From positions 1 through 64,000 of IMG/VR virus record IMGVR_UViG_3300020473_000013: 64,000 nt of DNA. One strand, given 5' to 3'. Numbering within the stretch: the stretch's first letter is position 1; each line of letters opens with the position of its first letter. Positions 19,689 through 27,510 of this stretch are shown piece by piece. The notes below the pieces were generated by a model, which searched no databases, was not told where the DNA came from, and saw only the letters and a list, made by a program, of their open reading frames with translations. Position numbers and translations under genes: made by a program.

Positions 19689-20389
19689 TCTACTAGCTCC
19701 AAGACGGGTCTCCAACGTAGGTATTGGTACCCGTTGGAACTTGCGACATTCGGATTACCGCGGTTGGCGTAGTTGTTATCTCCTAGCAAACAGGTGCTAT
19801 ACAGGTTGTCTCCAACGTCAATCTCGGCAGGGTCGTAGGACGCCCAGCGCTGGTCAACAGATACCGGGCTGTCGCTGCTGATCATATACATTAGGTCGTC
19901 CCATTCCTGGTCAGTTAGGAGGCGTACCTTGTATGTATCCGAACCTATAGCCAGTGTGGTGTTACCGTACACCAAATCCTTGTTCTTGAGAGTGCTCCAC
20001 CCTATATTGTTTCCTGCGTGACTAGCTCGAATAATCATCTTCGAGTAGAACAGGACCTTATCGCTGTGTGCGAACTTCAACCAATCTGTGTCTCCTCCGA
20101 ATAACTTGCCGGCATACATGCCTAGCTCGCCGCAAAGCGTAGAACCGTCGATCAAGTCCAAGTTACTCACTACACCGAAGAAGCCTGCAGACATGGTACC
20201 GCCTATCAGCTCCGAAGCTCCGGGACCTACGAAACCTAGATTAGTCGGCAGGGAGACCCAGGCTTGACCGTGGGCAACTGCTATACGGCCATTGGTAACT
20301 CCTAGTTTATAAGGTTCAGCCTCGCTTACATCGGGAAGCGACATCCTTCCTATATCACCTCCAACCAACCTTGTCTTGTCGAGTATCAT
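19685..20389 (-). CDS. Array member: N-module plus subfamily C domain
   Basis: Start moved to MILDKTRLVGGDIG (ATG 20389); ends WRPVLELVE. Confidence 0.78.
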   Translation of the reverse strand: MILDKTRLVGGDIGRMSLPDVSEAEPYKLGVTNGRIAVAHGQAWVSLPTNLGFVGPGASELIGGTMSAGFFGVVSNLDLIDGSTLCGELGMYAGKLFGGDTDWLKFAHSDKVLFYSKMIIRASHAGNNIGWSTLKNKDLVYGNTTLAIGSDTYKVRLLTDQEWDDLMYMISSDSPVSVDQRWASYDPAEIDVGDNLYSTCLLGDNNYANRGNPNVASSNGYQYLRWRPVLELVE

Positions 20390-21195
20390 TCCTCCACCTC
20401 CAGTACAGGGCGCCACCCTCTATAGCTGCTTGCATCATCGGCACTTCGGAAGTAAGTATCATACGCAGAATTGACACCATGAAGTAGTCTGTCAGGACCT
20501 TTGGACTCCTGGCACCATGTTTGGCCACTGTTGATAAATCCCATGTCTCTATCTGAGAATGAGGCCCATGTGCCGTCTGTCGTAGGAACGATCAGCTTTG
20601 TCCATTCAGAATCGCTCAAGGATGAATGCCGCGTATCCGTCTCGTCTTGAGCATTTGAAGGATCATCGGACGAACCCGTCAGCAAACGTACCTTATACGT
20701 TATGTTCCCGATTGTCACGCGCCCGCTCTGCCTTCTCTGCGTTCCCGAGGGAAAGCGACCGTACGTGTCGTCGCCGTACACTAGACCTAGCAGGTAAAGC
20801 TGTTCCCAAGATACTCCGGTCTTGATGCCCCGCTGAGCCACGAATAAGGTGCGCCCGTTGTGAGCGTACTTGAACCACATTCCTACTGTATGGTCTTCTA
20901 CGAAGGCACCAGGCACACCCAGCTGGGAAGACAAATCTGAGTAGCTAATTAGATCGCTTTGCGGTATGTGTCCGAAATACCCAACGTCGCTATCACCGAA
21001 CGCTATCTTGGACGGGCCAGGACCTGCACCTAAGAGGGAAGCGGACGGTATGTTGCTCCAATTCAAGTCTTCTGTCGCTACGCCTAGGCTTCCTCCCGCC
21101 ACACCCAATTCGTTGGTACTGGGGTTAGTCGATCTTTCTGGCAAGGATAAAAAATCAACGTCTCCGCCGACCAGTTTCATACGTTCGAGTTTCAT
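20386..21195 (-). CDS. Array member: N-module plus subfamily C domain
   Basis: Start moved to MKLERMKLVGGDVD (ATG 21195); ends GWRPVLEVEE. Confidence 0.78.
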   Translation of the reverse strand: MKLERMKLVGGDVDFLSLPERSTNPSTNELGVAGGSLGVATEDLNWSNIPSASLLGAGPGPSKIAFGDSDVGYFGHIPQSDLISYSDLSSQLGVPGAFVEDHTVGMWFKYAHNGRTLFVAQRGIKTGVSWEQLYLLGLVYGDDTYGRFPSGTQRRQSGRVTIGNITYKVRLLTGSSDDPSNAQDETDTRHSSLSDSEWTKLIVPTTDGTWASFSDRDMGFINSGQTWCQESKGPDRLLHGVNSAYDTYFRSADDASSYRGWRPVLEVEE

Positions 21196-22022
21196 TGTAC
21201 CAACTCCAGAACGGGTCTCCATCCGCAAATATCTGTGTGTGTAGTTGATGACCTGCGCGTCATATCCGACACTCCGTTACATCCTCTGGATATGTAGGCT
21301 CCAGTCCCAGCGCCTTGTTCCTCTTGGCACCAACTATACGTGCCGTGTCCTAATGAAGTGTGGACGTGTAAGTCTCTATCTGAGTATCGTGCCCAATCAC
21401 CGTCAGTAATTCCTTCGGACTCTAAAGTATCGCTTGAACTGATAGATACTCCACTGGCGATATGGTACATCAGACTATTCCATTCCGACCCGTGTGTCGT
21501 GGGCAGATCGTACCCCCAAGGAGGAGATGTTAGGGCAGGATTATAGCGCGATCCACTAGGCAAGCGAACTTTGAACGTTACCCCGTCGATAACCACTTCG
21601 GCCTCTCCGAATACGGCACCTACCGCATCTATGCTGTCCCAACTAAGACCGTAACGCAAAGGTTTTTTAGCGTAGTAAAGGACTTTATTTTTGTAGGAAA
21701 ACTTTAACCACCCTGCATTTGAAAACTGCGAGGTTCCTGAATATAGTCCTATAGCGTCAGACAGGGAGTTTCCGCTAATCAATTCGTCCGCGGCCACCTC
21801 TCCGAAGAACCCAGCCGACGCATCTCCTCCTATGAGTTGTTGGGGACCAACACCGTTACGCTTAGTGTGGATTGTGGTCCAATTGTCGTTCTTGCCCAAT
21901 CTAAGGCCACCTTGGTGTCCGAGTAGTTCGTTCTCTGACACATCGACAGGAAGCGTACTCACATTAGGTACAGATATGTCGGCAATGTCTCCTCCAACCA
22001 ACTTCATTCTATCTAGTTTCAT
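21192..22022 (-). CDS. Array member: N-module plus subfamily C domain
   Basis: MKLDRMKLVGGDIADISVP; ends GWRPVLELVQ. Confidence 0.8.
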   Translation of the reverse strand: MKLDRMKLVGGDIADISVPNVSTLPVDVSENELLGHQGGLRLGKNDNWTTIHTKRNGVGPQQLIGGDASAGFFGEVAADELISGNSLSDAIGLYSGTSQFSNAGWLKFSYKNKVLYYAKKPLRYGLSWDSIDAVGAVFGEAEVVIDGVTFKVRLPSGSRYNPALTSPPWGYDLPTTHGSEWNSLMYHIASGVSISSSDTLESEGITDGDWARYSDRDLHVHTSLGHGTYSWCQEEQGAGTGAYISRGCNGVSDMTRRSSTTHTDICGWRPVLELVQ

Positions 22023-22033
22023 ATCTCACCTTT

Positions 22034-23068
22034 TCAATCCAAACGGGTAACTGATACCCAACCGTTACCGCTATTAGAATTGGCTACGTTATGTTGGTTG
22101 GAGCCAGAATTGTAGGAGCCTCCACCGCCTCCTCCGTTACGTCCGTCGGGATTCCCACCAAAATTAGAGTCGTAGTCGCCTCCGCCTCCTCCGGAATAAC
22201 CTCCACCTCCTCCGGCGCCGTGAGAGTCCACGCCTAAGCCTCCTCCTCCGAATCCTGCTTGTTGCTTATAACCGGAGTTGGTAAATCTTCCTGTGAAAGA
22301 TAGCGACTGGCGCATGGACGTCCAGCCTAGAGCACCGTCCGCGTATAAGGCATTTCCGCCGTTTCGTCCTCGGTTGAACAACGACGTAGCCCGAGAAGTG
22401 GTTCCGTCTACAGACGTTGTGCCTCCAACACCTATCAGATTTGCCGTAGAGTAACTGGTGTTGATTATAGCGGAGCCGCCTCCACCGCCTGCTACGATCA
22501 AAGGATTCGAGGCACCTTGCAACCATACGAACGAACCTCCGCCGCCAGGACCGCCTCCATTCGCACGATTACCCTCAATGTTTTCGAGCCCTTCTTGGCC
22601 CACTACAATGCGTAGTTGTTGCCCCTTGACCAGGTCGAAGGTGCCTTCCATGATAGCGCCTTTACCTCGATACGAGTCCGGGACGACTCCGCTAGAGGAG
22701 TTAGGTTTGCCTCCTCTAGCGCCTGCGACTTCTAACTTATACGATCCTGTAGCTGGAACTGTCCACGTCTGAATCCCAGAAGTTACCTCAAAAAGAGTAG
22801 GGTCGTCAGACCAGTCAGAGCTATATGCCGTTCGCAAAGCCTGAGCGCTGGGAGGAAGAGGTCCTGATCTACCTGCTGAGGTGAACACATGGGATGAAAA
22901 AGCGAACAGAGTAGCACCAGGAATGATTGATACTTCGCCTGAATCGTTCACGAACCCTGGGGTCCCTTCTCGAAGGGCGATTTGGTTTTTCTCATTGGAG
23001 TTCGTCTCACGCAATGACAAACCTCTAATAGAGCTGCCTACTAAATTGACCCCGCCTTCAAACTTCAT
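22034..23068 (-). CDS. Array member: N-module plus ALK/LTK-like Gly-rich domain (subfamily B)
   Basis: Start moved to MKFEGGVNLVGSSIRGLSLR (ATG 23068) after GGAGG. Confidence 0.78.
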   Translation of the reverse strand: MKFEGGVNLVGSSIRGLSLRETNSNEKNQIALREGTPGFVNDSGEVSIIPGATLFAFSSHVFTSAGRSGPLPPSAQALRTAYSSDWSDDPTLFEVTSGIQTWTVPATGSYKLEVAGARGGKPNSSSGVVPDSYRGKGAIMEGTFDLVKGQQLRIVVGQEGLENIEGNRANGGGPGGGGSFVWLQGASNPLIVAGGGGGSAIINTSYSTANLIGVGGTTSVDGTTSRATSLFNRGRNGGNALYADGALGWTSMRQSLSFTGRFTNSGYKQQAGFGGGGLGVDSHGAGGGGGYSGGGGGDYDSNFGGNPDGRNGGGGGGSYNSGSNQHNVANSNSGNGWVSVTRLD

Positions 23069-23081
23069 ACGGCCTCCAAAC

Positions 23082-23116
23082 GAAAAAGGGCGCAGATCAC
23101 GAAGACCCACGCCCTA
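23082..23116 (-). terminator. Intrinsic terminator after mini-protein pair
   Basis: Minus strand AGGGCGTGGGTC-TTCG(T)-GATCTGCGCCCT then TTTT. Confidence 0.7.
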
Positions 23117-23121
23117 GACTA

Positions 23122-23313
23122 TTAGACCACAGGGTCGCTGTCGGTCAACCACTTCCATGTAGACTCGCTGTACATGTACAGGCCAGGAGCGTTGTCGCCA
23201 TCCTGTTGCAACAGGTACACCAGAGCGTTCGCGTCAGGATCAGACGGGAGCTTATCTACGTTATCAGCCACCAGCGTGCTGGGGCCGTCGAACAGTGCGT
23301 TATCTACCAGCAT
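23122..23313 (-). CDS. Mini-protein B1 (63 aa), paralogue of 26658..26855
   Basis: Start moved to MLVDNALF (ATG 23313) after AAGGAG; pattern shared with B2: MLVD...NV..LP....(A/S).VY.....G..PG.Y......W. Confidence 0.75.
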   Translation of the reverse strand: MLVDNALFDGPSTLVADNVDKLPSDPDANALVYLLQQDGDNAPGLYMYSESTWKWLTDSDPVV

Positions 23314-23326
23314 GTCTTGGTCTCCT

Positions 23327-23503
23327 TTACGCAGGCATTTGAAGTAAGCGCCATGCAGAATCATGGCAATAGACACACAGACCGTGCTCGTCATGAACAA
23401 ACAACTGGCCCACGAGTGCGCTTTCAGGGAAGGTGGGACCTCCTTCCGAAATCAGTTTAGAATACCGATTGTCCCCTAGATCGGTTACACCGTCGAAGTT
23501 CAT
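23327..23503 (-). CDS. Mini-protein A1 (58 aa; not in ORF track), paralogue of 26865..27011
   Basis: Hand translation MNFDGVTDLGDNRYSKLISEGGPTFPESALVGQLFVHDEHGLCVYCHDSAWRLLQMPA*; AGGAGG RBS. Confidence 0.8.
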   Translation of the reverse strand: MNFDGVTDLGDNRYSKLISEGGPTFPESALVGQLFVHDEHGLCVYCHDSAWRLLQMPA

Positions 23504-23531
23504 GGTTGTGACCTCCTATGTTGAGTCGAGT

Positions 23532-23538
23532 TAAATTA
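23532..23538 (-). promoter_or_regulatory. TAATTTA putative late-promoter motif
   Basis: Intergenic, 29 nt upstream of ATG 23503. Confidence 0.5.
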
Positions 23539-23548
23539 TCCTGAATTG

Positions 23549-24595
23549 CTAGAGACGGACCACGGATATATAGCCTTCTCCACTGTTTGCTCCGGCTGAG
23601 TTCGATTGGACTTCACCGGCGTTGAAGCTGCCCCCTCCGGTAGGAACAACACCGTTGAGGCGGCCCGACTGTCCGAGCGTTCCGCCTATTCCTCCGCTGT
23701 ATCCTCCTCCGCCTCCTGCACCTGAGTTATCCGTGAAGGCCGCACCTCCTCCGAAACCTCCGTAACCTCTGCCGTAGTTAGGATGGTGTTCAACGCCTCC
23801 GGCAGCTCCGTTCCTCGGAGCGGAGCCCGGGTCACCAGGAGGGTTTCTAATGTGATGCCCTCGCTTTCCGTCCGTTAACCACCCTCCTCCTCCAGAACCA
23901 GTAGAGTATCTACCTATATTAGCTCCGCTGTTCCCTCCGTGTCCAGCAGTTGCCTTAGGTCCTGAACCACCACCGATGCTATTTGTAGGCTCCTCTGTAG
24001 CTGATCCTGGGCCTCCCGCTGATCTTTCGGCATGTCCACCTCCTCCGCCTGCGACAATCAGAGGTTGGACATCTGAGGCGTCAAAGAATACGTATGACCC
24101 GCCTCCGCCTCCTGCACCAAAGTCGGAATTCTGAGACGTTACGGCGCCTCTCTTGCCTACCAAGATTCGTACAGTATCGCCCTTTGACAGCCAAAAGTCT
24201 CCTCGAATGATAGCTCCAGCACCACCTCGATCTCCGCCTCCTTTCGCGCCCGCTGTTTCGATTCTGTACATTCCGGTTTTAGGAACTGTCCATATTTGAA
24301 CACCGTTCTCTACGCGGAACAGCGAAATGTCGGTCGTCCAAATCAAATTCGAGTAAAGCGCCTCGAATACCGAAGGCAAGCTAGCAGTTCTACCTTCACT
24401 GTGCCCTGCGGCAAACACATGAGAGGAAAATTCGTATATGATGGCCGGAGGTAAAGGCAGGTTTTCATTGCCGCGGCGAACAGCAAATTTACCTTGGCTA
24501 AACCCAAGCTCTCCGTTTAAAGCGGGCTCTGTGACAGGTACAGACAGTTTTTGTATGGAGCCTCCACTCAGTCTAATCCCTCCTTCCAGTTCCAT
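23549..24595 (-). CDS. Array member: N-module plus ALK/LTK-like Gly-rich domain (subfamily B)
   Basis: MELEGGIRLSGGSIQKLSVP; QIWTVPKTGMYRIETAGAKGG. Confidence 0.8.
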   Translation of the reverse strand: MELEGGIRLSGGSIQKLSVPVTEPALNGELGFSQGKFAVRRGNENLPLPPAIIYEFSSHVFAAGHSEGRTASLPSVFEALYSNLIWTTDISLFRVENGVQIWTVPKTGMYRIETAGAKGGGDRGGAGAIIRGDFWLSKGDTVRILVGKRGAVTSQNSDFGAGGGGGSYVFFDASDVQPLIVAGGGGGHAERSAGGPGSATEEPTNSIGGGSGPKATAGHGGNSGANIGRYSTGSGGGGWLTDGKRGHHIRNPPGDPGSAPRNGAAGGVEHHPNYGRGYGGFGGGAAFTDNSGAGGGGGYSGGIGGTLGQSGRLNGVVPTGGGSFNAGEVQSNSAGANSGEGYISVVRL

Positions 24596-24604
24596 ATTAT
24601 ACCT

Positions 24605-25669
24605 CTATAGTCGCGTGATTATCACCTTACCGTGGCCAGGGTTGGCTCCCGTCTGGTTCGTTTGATTACTGCCGGAGTTATAACTACCACCACCTCCACC
24701 TAACTGGTGGTTCGCTCCTGCACCTCCAGAGTACCCGCCACCTCCTGCTCCGCCTCCGGAACTACCGTGCGTAGCTCCGCCTCCTCCAAAGCCTCCATCC
24801 GCAGGACCTTGATAGCTGAGGCCGTAACTCCTATAGATTGTCTGTCCTCCTAGTCCGCCATATCGGAAGGCTCTGGGGCCAGGAGATTTTGTATAGTTGC
24901 TGTGAGAGGAATTTCCGTAAAATCCAGCCCCTGGCTCACCACCCTTGGTATCGTTTAGCGATCCTGCAGCGCCTCCAGACCCTCCTCGACCAAAACCCGA
25001 CGGGCTAGAGTCCCCACCCTTGGTTGAGTTCAATCCGTGCTGTCCGTTTCTAGCTGACCGGCTGGAGTTATCCATACCTCCGCCCCCTCCAGCTATAATC
25101 AAAGGCGAAGAATTGCCGGGGCTTGACCCTATCGCAACGAACGTGCCTCCTCCGCCCGCTGCGGAGTTGTGGTCAGACCGTTCGTAGTCTCCGTCCCCTC
25201 CTCTTTGTCCTACGAGAAGAAGCAATGTGTCTCCTTCCTCTAGCTGAAAATCGCCGGCCATCTTGGCGCCAAGTCCCCCTGTTCGGAGTCCGGACCCTGT
25301 CATCCCTGCTCCACCTTGAGCTCCGCAAACTTCTATCCTATACATGCCTGTGATAGGCACTGTCCAGTATTGGATGCCTCCTTCTACCTTAAAAAGCGAA
25401 GTGTCGTCTACCCAATCCACGCCCGCGTAAGCATTCCTACATTGAGTAAGAGAGGGTCCTGTGCGACCTGAGGCCCCAGCAGCAGTGAACATGTGGTAAT
25501 CGAAGTTGTACAGACCGCGTAAAGGAAGCGGTACCCACGCGTCACCGCGCCCCACACCCAGACCATTCTGCCCGACGCCGAGTTGGTTGTTTTTCACACT
25601 GACCGTCTTACTCGGAATGGTTAAACTTCTCAGGCTCCCTCCTACCAACTTTACCCTATCGTGTTCCAT
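24605..25669 (-). CDS. Array member: N-module plus ALK/LTK-like Gly-rich domain (subfamily B)
   Basis: Start moved to MEHDRVKLVGGSLRSLTIP (ATG 25669). Confidence 0.78.
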   Translation of the reverse strand: MEHDRVKLVGGSLRSLTIPSKTVSVKNNQLGVGQNGLGVGRGDAWVPLPLRGLYNFDYHMFTAAGASGRTGPSLTQCRNAYAGVDWVDDTSLFKVEGGIQYWTVPITGMYRIEVCGAQGGAGMTGSGLRTGGLGAKMAGDFQLEEGDTLLLLVGQRGGDGDYERSDHNSAAGGGGTFVAIGSSPGNSSPLIIAGGGGGMDNSSRSARNGQHGLNSTKGGDSSPSGFGRGGSGGAAGSLNDTKGGEPGAGFYGNSSHSNYTKSPGPRAFRYGGLGGQTIYRSYGLSYQGPADGGFGGGGATHGSSGGGAGGGGYSGGAGANHQLGGGGGSYNSGSNQTNQTGANPGHGKVIITRL

Positions 25670-25680
25670 AGTAACGATCT

Positions 25681-26661
25681 CTACATATTTTCGTGAACGA
25701 AAAACACCTTTCCTGTCAAGGGGTTGCGTACTAACGCGGGCCATCCTATGCGTTCACTCAGTTTATCAGAGGATTCGCCCCATTGTCCGTTGGCTCCACT
25801 AACCAGCCTGTTACTCTCCATACTAAAGAGGCGCTGGGCCGAGTCAGGTTGTTGTACATTCAAGTAGGTCGATCCGCTCTGACTGTACGTATAAAATCCG
25901 TAGCGAGCCTTTCCTGCGAACATAGATAGCTCGGGATGCTCGCCCAAATCCAATGTCAGAGGACCTAATTCAGCACTCGTATTGTACTGAGTGGCGGTCA
26001 CGGTGAAAAGGTTGCCTTGTCGAACAATACGAACGTCAGACCACCTTCCAGACCATCTGGAATATGTGGAAGCATTGATGCCTGCAAGCTCAGTACGCCC
26101 GCTGCTCACCGCCGGATTATAATACGATAGAGCGAACGAACTTCCAGGGATACCTCCTTGGTGCCGAGTAACTAGCAGCATGTGCGGGTTACCGTCAACG
26201 ATGACGGCAGCCATTACCAGGCCTATCATGTCGTCGTCGCTGTTATTCGACGTGAGGCGCGCGGAGAACTCATAGGCTTCGTACTGGTACAGGCTTAGGA
26301 TGGCGTTCGGGGTACCTACGTTTGTCGGCATGACAAAAGACCCGATTCCTTCATCGTAATACCAATCGTCCGCGTACCCTCCGTAGTTCGATCCCGCCTC
26401 ATAGAAGGTAGAACCGTGAGTACGCGGCCATGTATCAAACACGGTTTTCAGACCCGGCGCCGGATTATCCGCCATATACTGGTCTAGTTCGGCATCTGAC
26501 TCAAAAACAAACTCATCGAATTGAGGAAGTTCTTGCAAGGGAAAGGAAGCCAAGCGACCGTTGCTAAACGCCAACTTGTTGCCCGCTTGTACGTCGGGAG
26601 GGCTTTGAACAGTGGGCACTTCCATGTTCTCCATTTTTGTACGCGCCTGCTCGATTATCAT
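25681..26661 (-). CDS. Array member: divergent N-module plus lectin-like domain shared with the 1096-aa protein
   Basis: Start moved to MIIEQ (ATG 26661, ATGA overlap); NSDDDMIGLV motif. Confidence 0.72.
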   Translation of the reverse strand: MIIEQARTKMENMEVPTVQSPPDVQAGNKLAFSNGRLASFPLQELPQFDEFVFESDAELDQYMADNPAPGLKTVFDTWPRTHGSTFYEAGSNYGGYADDWYYDEGIGSFVMPTNVGTPNAILSLYQYEAYEFSARLTSNNSDDDMIGLVMAAVIVDGNPHMLLVTRHQGGIPGSSFALSYYNPAVSSGRTELAGINASTYSRWSGRWSDVRIVRQGNLFTVTATQYNTSAELGPLTLDLGEHPELSMFAGKARYGFYTYSQSGSTYLNVQQPDSAQRLFSMESNRLVSGANGQWGESSDKLSERIGWPALVRNPLTGKVFFVHENM

Positions 26662-26855
26662 GTTCCCTCCGGAAGCGGATTGGAGTACATGGACAGTAAC
26701 CACTGCTGGCCGTCATGGACATAGAATCCAGGAGGGTTACCATTCCACTCAACGATCATATAGACCGAGTCGCCCTCCTGTGAACTCTGCGGCAGCGATA
26801 TAACGTTCTTCGCTATCACAGGTCGCGACTGAACTTCTGGAGTATCCACCAACAT
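26658..26855 (-). CDS. Mini-protein B2 (65 aa)
   Basis: GAGGAGG RBS; paralogous to 23122..23313. Confidence 0.75.
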   Translation of the reverse strand: MLVDTPEVQSRPVIAKNVISLPQSSQEGDSVYMIVEWNGNPPGFYVHDGQQWLLSMYSNPLPEGT

Positions 26856-26864
26856 ACGGCCTCC

Positions 26865-27011
26865 TCATTGTTCGATGACTTTACGCCACGCGCTATCGTG
26901 ACAGTAGATGCACAGTCCGTAAGAAGCGTGCCGGAATAGTTGACCTATCTCAGGCACGTTAGGGAATAAGTTGCCTTCTTCCACGTCCTCGCGCGGCGCG
27001 TCCGGATTCAC
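26865..27011 (-). CDS. Mini-protein A2 (48 aa; not in ORF track)
   Basis: Hand translation from GTG: MNPDAPREDVEEGNLFPNVPEIGQLFRHASYGLCIYCHDSAWRKVIEQ*; GLC(I/V)YCHDSAWR is shared with A1. Confidence 0.75.
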   Translation of the reverse strand: MNPDAPREDVEEGNLFPNVPEIGQLFRHASYGLCIYCHDSAWRKVIEQ

Positions 27012-27016
27012 GTTAT

Positions 27017-27193
27017 CTAGTCCGTCAAATTGCATGCCTCAATCCTCTTACGCTTATACTTGATGCCTGCCCACCTATTACAGCCGCGTCCGCGGTCAGT
27101 TCCTGTTCTGCAATCCAAGGCTGCACACAGCCCGCCCGAAATCATATCGTTCCGCAGCTTAATGAAGTGTCGGCACGAACCGCAATCTTTCAT
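27017..27193 (-). CDS. Small Cys-rich protein
   Basis: Probable start MKDCGSCRHF (ATG 27193); CxxC..C..C..C spacing, basic tail. Confidence 0.55.
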   Translation of the reverse strand: MKDCGSCRHFIKLRNDMISGGLCAALDCRTGTDRGRGCNRWAGIKYKRKRIEACNLTD

Positions 27194-27211
27194 GCTAGGC
27201 TCCCAGAAACT

Positions 27212-27244
27212 AAAAAGGGCACGAGGAGCAAGGCCCCCGCGCCC
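27212..27244 (-). terminator. Intrinsic terminator
   Basis: Minus strand GGGCGCGGGGG-CCTTG-CTCCTCGTGCCC then TTTTT, after the 27277 stop. Confidence 0.65.
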
Positions 27245-27276
27245 ATAGTCACAGGTTTGGGCCCTGTGCAATCGTC

Positions 27277-27498
27277 TTAGCGCACGGCAGCGACGCCTGT
27301 ACGCGGGGACGAGAAAACGACCTTTACCTGCGTGTTGCTCATCACGATCACGTCCTGAGGAATGATCTTGCGAACCGCACCCTCATAGTCGATATATACA
27401 TCGACAGCAGGAGCATTGGTCCCCAGGTTGTGATTGATGATCCACTCCGCTGCCGCGATGGCCTGCGTGTGGTTGTGGGTGTATACTCCGATAGGCAT
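27277..27498 (-). CDS. Single small beta-domain protein (W.I.HNLG family)
   Basis: HTQAIAAAEWIINHNLG..P.V.V pattern also present in 27511, 28185 and 32543. Confidence 0.75.
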   Translation of the reverse strand: MPIGVYTHNHTQAIAAAEWIINHNLGTNAPAVDVYIDYEGAVRKIIPQDVIVMSNTQVKVVFSSPRTGVAAVR

Positions 27499-27510
27499 AT
27501 CAGGCCCTCC

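Noticed and set aside
14334-22022. Diversity-generating retroelement
   Set aside because: No reverse transcriptase and no template/variable repeat pair differing at adenines were seen in the window; only a possible fold resemblance remains.
11667-26661. Integron-like attC cassettes or a shufflon
   Set aside because: Genes overlap or abut with no attC-like imperfect palindromes or inverted segments, and no recombinase is adjacent.
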